Source of the DNA: Eledone cirrhosa
Lineage: Eukaryota
Assembly (NCBI GenBank): GCA_964016885.1
Contig: OZ024764.1
Span: 13,330,001-13,394,000 of the forward strand
Length of the DNA: 64,000 nt
Direction: 5' to 3'
Made by a program: the position numbers and the translations under genes. Numbering within the stretch: position 1 is the stretch's first letter; every line of letters starts with the position of its first letter. Of this stretch, positions 13,132 through 27,440 are shown one piece after another. The notes below the pieces were generated by a model. The model made no database searches. It was not told the origin of the DNA and worked only from the letters and a program-made list of their open reading frames with translations.

Positions 13132-13216
13132 CCGGTTACGTACTTATACTTTATAGGTAGATGTGTGTGTATGTGTGTATGTTTATATATATATATGTGT
13201 CTGTGTGTGTGTGTAT

Positions 13217-13269
<53 letters not shown>

Positions 13270-13443
13270 GGAGGTGAGTTTTATTGTAGTACAATAAAGC
13301 AATGCAGATATCGGATAAGAAGCACTCTACAGTTTGTGGGACTGGAGTATGCATAATATAAGATCAAAAGATGGTTAAAGGAGTTCCATATATTTTATTA
13401 TGCGCATTTCAAATATATGGAACTCCTTTAACCATCTTTTGAT

Positions 13444-13573
<130 letters not shown>

Positions 13574-13591
13574 ATATATATATATATAATT

Positions 13592-13641
<50 letters not shown>

Positions 13642-13652
13642 TATATATATTG

Positions 13653-14050
13653 TTAGTGGTTAGAGCATTGGCCTTGCAATCGAAAGGTTGTGAGTTCAAT
13701 TCTCAGACCGGGTGATGTGTTGTTTCCTTGAGCAAGACACTTTATTTCACATTGCTCCAGTTTACTCAGCTGTAGAAATGAGATGATAGGGACTGGGATC
13801 CCTATCATTCCACTGCAAAGTGGTCGTGGAGGTGCCACGGCAAAAAAGGACATAGCACTCACTGTAAAAGAGGTTGGTGTTAGGAAGAGCATCCAGCTGT
13901 AGAAATCAAGCCAGAATCAGTTCCCGTCGATTTTCCACGCTAGCATGGGTCTGGACGGGAATTGTCCCACTTGAGGCAAGATTGGTTGTCTTGCTCAGGA
14001 CTGTCTGGCGGGTTTTCTACGGCTGGATGCCCTTCCTAACACCAACCACG
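13653..14050 (+). mobile_element. tRNA-derived SINE (family A) followed by an inverted RTE-type 3' tail
   Basis: A/B-box head tagtggttagagcattgg..gagttcaattc; core gtttccttgagcaagacacttt; multiple copies in window. Confidence 0.8.
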
Positions 14051-14099
<49 letters not shown>

Positions 14100-14281
14100 G
14101 AATATAAAATGAAAGTGCTTTTATAAAGGAATATATTTGGTATTGACATGGAATATCTATGTATAGAGGAGAGAGGAAAGTATATGAAAGATGGCAATTC
14201 AGTTTGCTGGTAAACAAGTGTATAGAAGGTTTTTATTGAGAATACAATGTGTATATAGCTTATTTTATCTAAATAAGAATT

Positions 14282-14460
14282 GGCGGTGGATTGGCAGTAT
14301 TGGTAGAGGGTCGGACGCCATATTTGACGTTACAACCCTTGCCATTCTGAGTTCAAATTCCGCCGAGGTTAACTTTGCCTTTCATCCTTACGGGGTCGAT
14401 AAAATAAAGTACCAGTAATGCACTGGGTAATTGCTGGCCTTGTGCCAAACGTAGAAACAA
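14282..14460 (+). mobile_element. tRNA-derived SINE (family B, Nin/Deu-like core)
   Basis: ggcggtggattggcag..gagttcaaat..aactttgcctttcatccttacggggtcgataaa. Confidence 0.8.
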
Positions 14461-14723
14461 ATACAATGTGTATATAGCTTATTTTATCTAAATAAGAATT
14501 TTGGGGAGTGCTGATTTTAATTTATATTTGACCAGTTGAACAATGGACAGGGCTGGTCGTTTGGTGTAGTAGTATTAATACAAATATAATATAGATCAGT
14601 TTTATAAATAAATCTTGACATACCCTTAAAAAATGCAACCATTACTGTTGGAAGCTCCCGGATAGTAATGGTTGCATTTTTTAAGGGTATGTCATTATTT
14701 ATTTTTAAAACTGATCTATATTA

Positions 14724-14788
14724 TATTTTATCTGATGAAAGCACACCATAATTTAACTTGGTGTCCTTGAAATATGTATAATGAAATA
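14724..14788 (+). ncRNA. Type I hammerhead ribozyme motif
   Basis: tattttat/atgaaata, CUGAUGA, stem II aag.acacca/tggtgt.ctt, GAAA, AUAUGUAU, AUA. Confidence 0.65.
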
Positions 14789-15269
14789 AATATGGTTTTA
14801 TAAATATAGTTTCCATTTGTTAATACATCGTATTTTACTCCAAATATTTGTTGAGTGCTTTATATCAGTTATAAAAATATTTGCTTGTTGTATCACAACA
14901 ATTTAAATAGAACTTTTACATATATATATATAAGAGAGTATTGAAGTTTGCTTGAAGCATTGTGGAATAATAGGTAAATATCTTTAAGTCGTTTGGAAGC
15001 CTCGACAATGCAAATGGGTAAATCTCCGGGTAACAAGATCCGGTGGTGGAGAGAAAGATGTAAGTGGGTGTACGTTGAGATGCGTGGTGTGTATAAGACG
15101 TGTAGAAGGATGATGGAAAGAGTATATATATTTCTTGACAAGGTTGGAATCTGGTCTGGGATGACCCCAGATCACGAGTTGGCTGCCTGAGAAACATTTC
15201 TAACTGGGTTAAACAATAAATCTCATATGTAACACTTCTACATTGTTCTTATTATATATATATATATGA

Positions 15270-16006
15270 TAATAATGAAATTATTGTGTAAAGTGCTCAG
15301 GTGCACTACAACTCGTCAATATAGTACATAGAATAATACACAAATGTCAGGGAAGTACATGTGTGTATGTGTTAGCTGTAGTGTTGGCGGATCTCGGGAA
15401 GCATGGAGGCCTTAAAGGATGCAGTGTCTCGACAGCTAACAATTGACGCAGGTAGTTTGTTCCATGGAGGCTTTAAAGGATGCAGTGTCTCGACAGCTAA
15501 CAACTGATGCAGGTAGTTTGTTCCATGGAGGTTTTAAAGGATGCAGTGTCTCGACAGCTAACAACTGATGCAGGTAGTTTGTTCCATGCTTCAGCAACTC
15601 TGAGCGTGAAAAAATGTTTCCGAAAGTCATGGGAACTGTGCTGTTTTCTTACTTTGTGGGCATGTCCACGTGTGTTAGACACATGGAAATCGAAAAGGTA
15701 CTCAGGGTTGTTGTTGGCAACATGGTTAACAATTTTGTGGGTGTTTACCAAGTCAGTTGCCAGGCGTCGGAGCTTCAATGTATCCATACCCAGGGAAGCA
15801 AGGCGCTCAGAGTATGGTAGATGCCTGATGGAGGGTATTCGCTTGGTTGCACGTCTCTGAACAGTTTCCAGGCGGTCAATGTCCTGAGCAAGATAGGGGT
15901 TCCAGACTGGTGATGCAAATTCTAAGTGTGGTTGCACCATAGCTGTATACAGCCTTAAATAGATATCTGGAGAGTGGCTGACAAAGGTCTTGCTGAGTGA
16001 TGCTAA
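15270..16006 (-). mobile_element. CR1-type LINE 3' fragment
   Basis: VQPHLEFASPVWNPY..IDRLETVQRRATK..YSERL..TRGH..FFTLRVAEAWNKLP; terminal 60-bp unit triplicated. Confidence 0.9.
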
Positions 16007-16056
16007 GTATTTCCGTCGGAAAGGTACACTTATTTATGTTAAATACATGTTATTTA

Positions 16057-16117
16057 TTCATTCTGACGACTGAAGACAGACATAACATCTGTCTTCACGA
16101 AACCACTGGTAAATGAA
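16057..16117 (+). ncRNA. Type I hammerhead ribozyme motif
   Basis: ttcatt/aatgaa, CUGACGA, 10-bp stem II tgaagacaga/tctgtcttca, GAAA, ACCACUGGU, GUA site. Confidence 0.7.
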
Positions 16118-16769
16118 ATAATTATCTTATGTTGTTTATTACATAACTATATATATATATACAGTAATAATAATAAATGTGAAGACTAAAATCCAAAGAG
16201 GGCTCGATAAGGATAAATATATATCAAATATATAAGAACCCTCGAGCAAATATTTATTAAAATAACAGATTAAAATTTAAGCAAAGAATCGCTGCTTTTA
16301 CCCTTAAAGGGACCTTCTAAAGATCCCGTTAAGGGTTAAATCAGTGATTCTTTGCTTAAAGAGAGGGGAGTTTGGTGTTAATTGATATAGAGAGGTGTAC
16401 TGGAAGAGAGTTCTGTGTAGTAGATATAGAGAAGGGGAGAGTTTGGAGTTAATTAATATAGAGAAGGGTAATGGAAGAGAGTTCTGTGTAGTAGATACAG
16501 AGAAGGGGAGAGTTTGGAGTTAATTGATAGAGAGAGGAAAAAATGTTCAGCCTTGGTTTGTGCCTCCGAGGAACCCTTTGATTAAAATGAAGTATACTTA
16601 TCCACGTACCCTGGGCAATGTATTTTCAGAATATATATGGTTATGGAGGTCTATCTCCAAAACCATAGGAGGAGTTCATGAACAAACAAACAGGCAGGAA
16701 CTACAACTTTATATATACAGATATAGATATATTAGAAGAAATAAAAATCACTGACAACACTTCTCTACC

Positions 16770-18170
16770 TGCTTCAGATGTACACAAGGGGTAACAGGGG
16801 AGTGGTGTCTAATCTCTCAGCAGCTGAGGTCACAAGAGCAGTTAAAGTGCTCCAGTGTGGCACAGCTACTGGGGAAGATGAATTCCGGCCCCGAGATGTT
16901 AAAAGCCTTAAATAGAGAAGGTATTCTCTGACTGACTCATATATCCCGGGTGGCTTGGATCTCTGGAAAGGTACCTAAGTAATGGCATTCGGGAGTGATA
17001 ATCCCAAGTTTCAAACAGGAAAAAGACAGATTGTTCCATTTACATAGGGATCTACTTGTTAAACCTCCCCAGTAAAGTATATGCAATATATATATACCTA
17101 TATATATATACCTACAATTATATATATACATATTTCATTATATATGAGTATATAAAAAAAAGTGAGTGTGCAAATTGTCCAGGCGTCAAAAAGCAAATAA
17201 CGGTCAAAGGGAGATAATCAGGTAACATTGTCATTTTCATCTGTTCAGCTAAGTACAGACCATATGCTGTCAATTAACGTCTGCAGAGAGATACTCAGCC
17301 TGTTTAAATGTATATAAATCTAATAATAAAATTCATTGACAACTATTGTATGAATCGGAAATGCCAAATTGTCCATAATTAATGAAAATAGCCCCAATTA
17401 ACTGGTGAACATAAAGTCACAGATTTAGCTAGAGTGGGAAAAATATAAGTATTAAACTATATTTAAAGTGTTGTCAGTGATTTTTTTTCTTCTGATGTAT
17501 TTATAGATGTGTAAACGTCCTCGATTTTAAATAAATCAACCTTTTTATTAAAATAAAATGTCTTTTCCTCTGTGTTTTACACAAAAAAATGATTGAGTTA
17601 AGATTCTTTTTTATGACATTCTAACCACATGTCTGTAGTATCAGAGCTGTTATCTCTCAATTCACAGATTCTCTCCTGAGACATTCTAACCACATGCCCA
17701 TAGCATCGTAGCTGCGATCTCTCAATTCAGAGATTCTTTCCTGAGACATTCTAACCACATGTCTGTAGTATCAGAGCTGTGATCTCTCAATTCATAGATT
17801 CTTTCCTGAGACATTCTAACCACATGTCTGTAGTATCAGAGCTGTGATCTCTCAATTCAGAGATTTCTTTCTGAGACATTCTAACCACATGTCTGTAGTA
17901 TCAGAGCTGTGATCTCTCAATTCAGAGATTTCTTTCTGAGACATTCTAACAACATGCCCATAGTATCAAAGCTGTGATCCCATACATACATACATACACA
18001 GACAGACATACACACACACACATATATATACATATTAGATAAGTATATCCCGCATTCAATTTGGGGTAACGACAGTAAGAAAGGTACTCAATAGCAGAGA
18101 ATAAATATTTATTTCCTGATGATTTCTCCCGAAAGAAACTGTTCTAGTCCTGTAGAAGCCATTTCTATAT
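16770..18170 (-). repeat. Inverted partial copy of the 6.2-kb composite unit (RTE remnant, spacer, 65-bp array; no 27-bp array)
   Basis: Reverse complement of ~19480-21176; identical 64-aa spurious ORF apart from one residue. Confidence 0.85.
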
Positions 18171-18228
<58 letters not shown>

Positions 18229-18258
18229 AGATTAAAAGATGGTTAAAAGAGTTCTATG

Positions 18259-18329
18259 TATTTTATTATGCGCATTTCAAAAACAAATATCATCATGCGA
18301 TGACATTTGCGTTTTCGTCAGATAAAATA
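18259..18329 (-). ncRNA. Type I hammerhead motif (antisense arm of foldback)
   Basis: Exact reverse complement of 18396-18466. Confidence 0.7.
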
Positions 18330-18395
18330 GGGAGACATGTTGATTTAAAACTGCACTATTCACAAGTGTTTTTTGACCTTCATATCATGTCTCCT

Positions 18396-18466
18396 TATTT
18401 TATCTGACGAAAACGCAAATGTCATCGCATGATGATATTTGTTTTTGAAATGCGCATAATAAAATA
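18396..18466 (+). ncRNA. Type I hammerhead ribozyme motif
   Basis: Perfect 8-bp stem I tattttat/ataaaata, CUGACGA, stem II gcaaatgtcatc/gatgatatttgt, GAAA, palindromic AUGCGCAU, AUA. Confidence 0.75.
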
Positions 18467-18587
18467 CATTGAACACTTTTAACCATCTTTTGATCTTATA
18501 TATTATGTATACTCCAGTCCTACAAACTGTAGAGTGTTTTATATCCGATATCTGCATTGCTTTATTGTACTACAATAAAACTCACCT

Positions 18588-18662
<75 letters not shown>

Positions 18663-19185
18663 CTACACGGAACTCTCTTCCATTACCCCTCTCTATATCA
18701 ATTAACACCAAACTTTCCCACTCTCTATATCTACTACACAGATACCCCTTGTGTACATCTAAAGCAGGTAGAGAAGTGTTGACAGTGATTTTTATTTCTT
18801 CTAATATATCTATATCTGTATATATAAAGTTGTAGTGCCTGCCTGTTTGTTTGTTTGTTCATGAACTCCTCCTATGGTTTTGGAGATAGACCCCCATAAC
18901 AATATATATTCTGAAAATACATTGCCCAGGGTACGTGGATAAGTATATTTCATTTTAATCAAAGGGGAGAGTTTGGTGTTAATTAATATAGAGAGGGGTA
19001 TTAGGAGAGAGTTCCCTATAGTAGATATAGAGAGGGGGAGCGTTTGGTGCTACATGATATAGAGAGGGGGAATGGAAGAGAGTTCCATGTAGTCCTCTTC
19101 CTACTATATCAAGCGTTAACCTAATATATACCTTCCATATACTGTAGTAATTGGGTTGTTATTTCTGTTTATATTTTACATACAC

Positions 19186-19254
<69 letters not shown>

Positions 19255-19435
19255 TATATATATACATATCATCATCATCATCATCATCATCATCGTTTAA
19301 CGTCCATGTTCCACGCTTGCATGGGTTTGGACGGGAGTTTTCCCACTTGAGGCAAGAGTGGTTGTCTTGCTCGCATAGGACTGTCTGGCGGGTTTTCTAC
19401 AGCTGGATGCCCTTCCGAACACCAACCACATTTAC

Positions 19436-19489
<54 letters not shown>

Positions 19490-19583
19490 TTAATATAGAA
19501 GAGCTTCTACAGAACTTTTATACTCTGCTATGTATTGAGCACCTTACTTACTGTGGTTACCTCCGATTCAACCCGGAATAAAC

Positions 19584-19629
<46 letters not shown>

Positions 19630-19770
19630 CTCTCTCTATATATATGTGTGTGTATGTGTGTGTGTGTGTGCATGTGCGTGCGTGTGTGTGTGTGTGTATG
19701 TGTGTGCTCGCGCGCGCGCGCGTGTGTGTGTACTCGCACGTGCGTGTGTGTGTGTGTGTATTTATGTATG

Positions 19771-20345
19771 GGATCTCAGCTCTGATACTACAGACATGTG
19801 GTTAGAATGTCTCAGGAAAGAATCTCTGGATTGAGAGATCACAGCTCTGATACTACAGACATGGGGTTAGAATGTCTCAGGAAAGAATTTCTGAATTGAG
19901 AGATCACAGCTCTGATACTACAGACATGGGTTTAGAATGTCTCAGGAAAGAATTTCTGAATTGAGAGATCACAGATCTGATAATACAGACATGTGGTTAG
20001 AATGTCTCAGGAAAGAATCTCTGAATTGAGAGATCACAGCTCTGATACTACAGACATGTGGTTAGAATGTCTCAGGAAAGAATCTCCGAATTGAGAGATC
20101 ACAGATCTGATTCTACAGACATGTGGTTAGAATGTCTCAGGAAAGAATCTCTGAATTGAGAGATCACAGCTCTGATACTACAGACATGTGGTTAGAATGT
20201 CTCAGGAAAGAATCTCCGAATTGAGAGATCACAGATCTGATTCTACAGACATGTGGTTAGAATGTCTCAGGAAAGAATCTCTGAATTGAGAGATCACAGC
20301 TCTGATACTACAGACATGTGGTTAGAATGTCTCAGGAAAAAATCT
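19771..20345. repeat. 65-bp minisatellite (~9 copies)
   Basis: Unit gagatcacagctctgatactacagacatgtggttagaatgtctcaggaaagaatctctgaattga; also 17617-17978 (rc), 26039-26550, 32201-33030. Confidence 0.95.
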
Positions 20346-21234
20346 TAACTGGATCATTTTTTGTGTAAAACAAAGAGAAAAAGACATTTTATTTTAATAA
20401 AAAGGTTGATTTATTTAAAACCGAGGAAGTTTACACATCTATAAATACATCAGTAGAAAAAAAAAATCACTGACAACACTTTAAATATAGTTTAATACTC
20501 ATATTTTTCCCACTCTAGCCAAATCTGTGATTTATGTTCACCAGTTAATTGGGGCTATTTTCATTAATTATGGACAATATGGCATTTCCGATTCATTCAA
20601 TAGTTGTCAATGAATTTTATTATTAGATTTATATACATTTAGACTGGCTGAGTATCTCTCTGCAGACTTTAATTGACAGCATATGGTCTGTACTTAGCTG
20701 AACAGATAAAAATGACAATGTTACCTGATTATCTCCCTTTGACCGTTACTTGTTTTTTGACGCCTGGACAATTTGCACACTCACATTTTTTTATATACTC
20801 ATATATAATGATATATGTATATATATAATTGTAGGTATATATATATAGGTATATATATATTGCCTATACTTTACTGGGGAGGCTTAACAAGTAGATCCCT
20901 CTGTAAATGGAACAATCTGTCTTTTTCCTGTTTGAAACTTGGGATTATCACTCCCGAATGCCATTACTTAGGTACCTTTCCAGAGATCCAAGCCACCCGG
21001 GATATATGAGTCAGTCAGAGAATACCTTCTCTATTTAAGGCTTTTAACATCTCGGGGCCGGAATTCATCTTCCCCAGTAGCTGTGCCACACTGGAGCACT
21101 TTAACTGCTCTTGTGACCTCAGCTGCTGAGAGATTAGACACCACTCCCCAGTTACCCCTTGTGTACATCTGAAGCATGTATAGGAGTTCAAGTATCTCGG
21201 GGCTGTGTTCATGAGTGATATATGACCATACCAG

Positions 21235-24200
21235 GCAACTTACCATATAGTCAGATACATAGCAACCTACCATATAGTCAGATACATAGCAACCTTCCAT
21301 ATAGTCAGATACATAGCAACCTACCATATAGTCAGATACATAGCAACTTACCATATAGTCAGATACGTAGCAACCTTCCATATAGTCAGATCATAGCAAC
21401 CTTCCATATAGTCAGATACATAGCAACTTACCATATAGTCAGATACATAGCAACCTTCCATATAGTCAGATACATAGCAACCTACCATATAGTCAGATAC
21501 ATAGCAACCTACCATATAGTCAGTTACATAGCAACCTACCATATAGTCAGATACATAGCAACCTTCCATATAGTCAGATACATAGCAACCTTCCATACAG
21601 TCAGATACATAGCAACCTTCCATATAGTCAGATACATAGCAACCTTCCATATAGTCAGATACATAGCAACCTTCCATATAGTCAGATACATAGCAACCTT
21701 CCATATAGTCAGTTACATAGCAACCTACCATATAGTCAGATACATAGCAACCTTCCATATAGTCAGATACATAGCAACCTACCATATAGTCAGATACATA
21801 GCAACCTTCCATATAGTCAGTTACATAGCAACCTACCATATAGTCAGATACATAGCAACCTACCATATAGTCAGATACATAGCAACCTACCATATAGTCA
21901 GATACATAGCAACCTTCCATATAGTCAGATACATAGCAACCTTCCATATAGTCAGATACATAGCAACCTTCCATATAGTCAGATACATAGCAACCTTCCA
22001 TATAGTCAGATACATAGCAACCTTCCATATAGTCAGATACATAGCAACCTTCCATATAGTCAGATACATAGCAACCTACCATATAGTCAGATACATAGGA
22101 ACCTTCCATATAGTCAGATACATAGCAACCTTCCATATAGTCAGATACATAGCAACCTACCATATAGTCAGATACATAGCAACCTTCCATATAGTCAGAT
22201 ACATAGCAACCTACCATATAGTCAGATACATAGCAACCTTCCATATAGTCAGATACATAGCAACCTTCCATATAGTCAGATACATAGCAACCTTCCATAT
22301 AGTCAGATACATAGCAACCTACCATATAGTCAGATACATAGCAACCTTCCATATAGTCAGATACATAGCAACCTTCCATATAGTCAGATACATAGCAACC
22401 TTCCATATAGTCAGATACATAGCAACCTTCCATATAGTCAGATACATAGCAACCTACCATATAGTCAGATACATAGCAACCTTCCATATAGTCAGATACA
22501 TAGCAACCTTCCATATAGTCAGATACATAGCAACCTTCCATATAGTCAGATACATAGCAACCTTCCATATAGTCAGATACATAGCAACCTTCCATATAGT
22601 CAGATACATAGCAACCTTCCATATAGTCAGATACATAGCAACCTACCATATAGTCAGATACATAGCAACCTACCATATAGTCAGATACATAGCAACCTTC
22701 CATATAGTCAGATACATAGCAACCTTCCATATAGTCAGATACATAGCAACCTACCATATAGTCAGATACATAGCAACCTTCCATATAGTCAGATACATAG
22801 CAACCTACCATATAGTCAGATACATAGCAACCTACCATATAGTCAGATACATAGCAACCTACCATATAGTCAGATACATAGCAACCTTCCATATAGTCAG
22901 ATATATAGCAACCTACCATATAGTCAGATACATAGCAACCTACCATATAGTCAGATACATAGCAACCTTCCATATAGTCAGATACATAGCAACCTTCCAT
23001 ATAGTCAGATACATAGCAACCTACCATATAGTCAGATACATAGCAACCTTCCATATAGTCAGATACATAGCAACCTTCCATATAGTCAGATACATAGCAA
23101 CCTACCATATAGTCAGTTACATAGCAACCTTCCATATAGTCAGATACATAGCAACCTACCATATAGTCAGATACATAGCAACCTTCCATATAGTCAGATA
23201 CATAGCAACCTACCATATAGTCAGATACATAGCAACCTTCCATATAGTCAGATACATAGCAACCTACCATATAGTCAGATACATAGCAACCTACCATATA
23301 GTCAGATACATAGCAACCTTCCATATAGTCAGATACATAGCAACCTACCATATAGTCAGATACATAGCAACCTACCTTATAGTCAGATACATAGCAACCT
23401 TCCATATAGTCAGATACATAGCAACCTACCATATAGTCAGATACATAGCAACCTTCCATATAGTCAGATACATAGCAACCTTCCATATAGTCAGATACAT
23501 AGCAACCTTCCATATAGTCAGATACATAGCAACCTTCCATATAGTCAGATACATAGCAACCTTCCATATAGTCAGATACATAGCAACCTACCATATAGTC
23601 AGATACATAGCAACCTACCATATAGTCAGATACATAGCAAACTTCCATATAGTCAGATACATAGCAACCTTCCATATAGTCAGATACATAGCAACCTACC
23701 ATATAGTCAGATACATAGCAACCTTCCATATAGTCAGATACATAGCAACCTACCATATAGTCAGATACATAGCAACCTACCATATAGTCAGATACATAGC
23801 AACCTACCATATAGTCAGATACATAGCAACCTTCCATATAGTCAGATACATAGCAACCTACCATATAGTCAGATACATAGCAACCTACCATATAGTCAGA
23901 TACATAGCAACCTTCCATATAGTCAGATACATAGCAACCTTCCATATAGTCAGATACATAGCAACCTACCATATAGTCAGATACATAGCAACCTTCCATA
24001 TAGTCAGATACATAGCAACCTTCCATATAGTCAGATACATAGCAACCTACCATATAGTCAGATACATAGCAACCTACCATATAGTCAGTTACATAGCAAC
24101 CTTCCATATAGTCAGATACATAGCAACCTACCATATAGTCAGATACATAGCAACCTTCCATATAGTCAGATACATAGCAACCTACCATATAATCAGATAC

Positions 24201-24558
24201 ATAGCAACCTTCCATATAGTCAGATACATAGCAACCTACCATATAGTCAGATACATAGCAACCTACCATATAGTCAGATACATAGCAACCTTCCATATAG
24301 TCAGATACATAGCAACCTACCATATAGTCAGATACATAGCAACCTACCATATAGTCAGATACATAGCAACCTTCCATATAGTCAGATACATAGCAACCTA
24401 CCATATAGTCAGATACATAGCAACCTTCCATATAGTCAGATACATAGCAACCTTCCATATAGTCAGATACATAGCAACCTTCCATATAGTCAGATACATA
24501 GCAACCTTCCATATAGTCAGATACATAGCAACCTTCCATATAGTCAGATACATAGCAA
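21235..24558. repeat. 27-bp minisatellite array 1 (~123 units)
   Basis: caacct(a/t)ccatatagtcagatacatag. Confidence 0.98.
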
Positions 24559-24559
24559 C

Positions 24560-24785
24560 ATGATGGAGGCAGATGTCTGAATTATGTACAAGAATTGCTG
24601 GAGATGGTGCAGTAATGTGCCAGCTTCAGCATCCAGTAATCAGAAGAAAGGAGGTTCATGTAAAAGCTAAACTCCCAATCTTCAATTTGGTTTTCATACT
24701 AACCCTTACCTATGGTCATGAAGTTTAGGTAATGACTGAAGGTATATGATCATGACTACAAGCAGTCAAAATGGTATTCCCTCGA
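24560..24785 (+). mobile_element. Old RTE LINE remnant, continuation of the EFKYLG segment at 21185-21220
   Basis: Translates to ..KAKLPIF..LTYGHEV*VMTE..LQAVKM, an RTE thumb-region signature, with stops. Confidence 0.7.
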
Positions 24786-25311
24786 CATCATCTTAGACCT
24801 CATTTGTTTACCGAGTAGGGGGGAACTTAATAATAATGAAAATGATTGTGTACAGTGCTCAGGTGCACTACAAATCATCAACTTTGATGAATTGTCGTGC
24901 ACCTGAGCACTGTATACAATAATCTCATTGTTATTATCTCCTTCGTATTACGATCTCCACCAACCTGGGTTTATTTAATGTCAAAACAACAAGATTGAAG
25001 GTGGAGGGATATGTCAGAGCCTGCTGTGTGCCCAGATTAAGAGATTTACCTTCTTCGAACAGGGAAGATGGTTCACGCCTGTCTGGGACCTCACCATGGC
25101 CACAGTCTAAGCCGGCAGGTAAAATGTAAACAAAAGATATAGAGGGGGGGAGAGTTTGGTGTTAATTGATTATAGAGTGGGGGTATTGGGATAGAGTTCT
25201 GTGTAGTATATATATATATATATATAAAGAGAGATATATATATAGATATAGATATAATCATATATACATATATATATAGATAGAGATATAATCATATATA
25301 TATATATATAG

Positions 25312-25450
<139 letters not shown>

Positions 25451-25515
25451 TACATATATCATCATCATCATCATCATCATCATAATCATCAATTATGTAT
25501 ATATATATATCATAT

Positions 25516-25734
<219 letters not shown>

Positions 25735-25894
25735 CATATATATATATATATATAATATAGAAAAGGCTTCTACAGGACTAGAACTGCTTCATTCAGGAGA
25801 AATCATCAGGAAATACATATTTATACTCTGCTATTTATTGAGTACGTTACTTACTGTGGTTACCCCAGGTTGAAGCCGGTATAAACTTATTTAC

Positions 25895-25927
<33 letters not shown>

Positions 25928-27440
25928 TATATTCATGTGTGTGTGTGAGTGTGTGTGTATGTGTGTGTGTGTGTGTGTTTACATATGTGTGTCTGTGTGC
26001 GTGCATGTATGTGTGTGTGTGTCTGTCCGTGTATGTATGAGATCACAGCTCTGATACTACAGACCTGTGGTGAGAATGTCTCAGGAAAGAATCTCTGAAT
26101 TGAGAGATCACAGCTCTGATACTACAGACCTGTGGTTAGAATGTCTCAGGAAAGAATCTCTGAATTGAGAGATCACAGCCCTGATACTACAGACATATGG
26201 TTGGAATGTCTGAGGAAAGAATCTCTGAATTGAGAGATCATATCTCTGATACTACAGACATGTGGTTAGAATGTCTCAGGAAAGAATCTCTGAATTGAGA
26301 GATCACAGCCCTGATACTACAGACATATGGTTGGAATGTCTCAGGAAAGAATCTCTGAATTGAGAGATCACAGCCCTGATACTACAGACCTGTGGTTAGA
26401 ATGTCTCAGGAAAGAATCTCTGAATTGAGAGATCACAGCCCTGATACTACAGACATATGGTTGGAATGTCTCAGGAAAGAATCTCTGAATTGAGAGATCA
26501 TATCTCTGATACTACAGACATGCGGATTGAATGTCCCAGGAAAAACTCTTAACTGGATCATTTTTTGTGTAAAACAAAGAGAAAAAGATATTTTATTTTA
26601 ATAAAAAGGTTGATTTATTTAAAACCGAGGAAGTTTACACATCTATAAATACATCAGTAGAAAAAACAAATCACTGACAACACTTTAAATATAGTTTAAT
26701 ACTTATATTTTTTCCACTCTATCTAAATATGTGACTTTATGTTCACCAGTTAATTGGGGCTATTTTCATTAATTATGGACAATATGGCATTTCCGATTCA
26801 TTCAATAGTTGTCAATGAATTTTATTATTAGATTTATATACATTTAGACTGGCTGAGTATCTCTCTGCAGACTTTAATTGACAGCATATGGTCTGTACTT
26901 AGCTGAACAGATAAAAATGACAATGTTACCTGATTATCTCCCTTTGACCGTTACTTGTTTTTTGACGCCTGGACAATTTGCACACTCACATTTTTTTATA
27001 TACTCATATATAATGATATATGTATATATATAATTGTAGGTATATATATATAGGTATATATATATTGCATATTTTTTACTGGGGAGGCTTAATAAGTAGA
27101 TCCCTCTGTAAATGGAACAATCTGTCTTTTTCCTGTTTGAAACTTGGGATTATCACTCCCGAATGCCATTACTTAGGTACCTTTCCAGAGATCCAAGCCA
27201 CCCGGGATATATGAGTCAGTCAGAGAATACCTTCTCTATTTAAGGCTTTTAACATCTCGGGGCCGGAATTCATCTTCCCCAGTAGCTGTGCCACGCTGGA
27301 GCACTTTAACTGCTCTTGTGACCTCAGCTGCTGAGAGATTAGACACCACTCCCCAGTTACCCCTTGTGTACATCTGAAGCATGTATAGGAGTTCAAGTAT
27401 CTCGGGGCTGTGTTCATGAGTGATATATGACCATACCAGG

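Noticed and set aside
15130-15210. Hammerhead related to 36657-36739
   Set aside because: Core 5' half degraded (no CUGANGA) and stem I missing
20815-21009. Four-copy 64-aa ORF as a small gene family
   Set aside because: Antisense to an RTE remnant, starts in TA repeat; identity is explained by segmental duplication
21222-24563. 1113-aa and 1063-aa ORFs on both strands
   Set aside because: Translation of a stop-free 27-bp (9-codon) minisatellite; frames are broken by 2-bp deletions in the sister arrays
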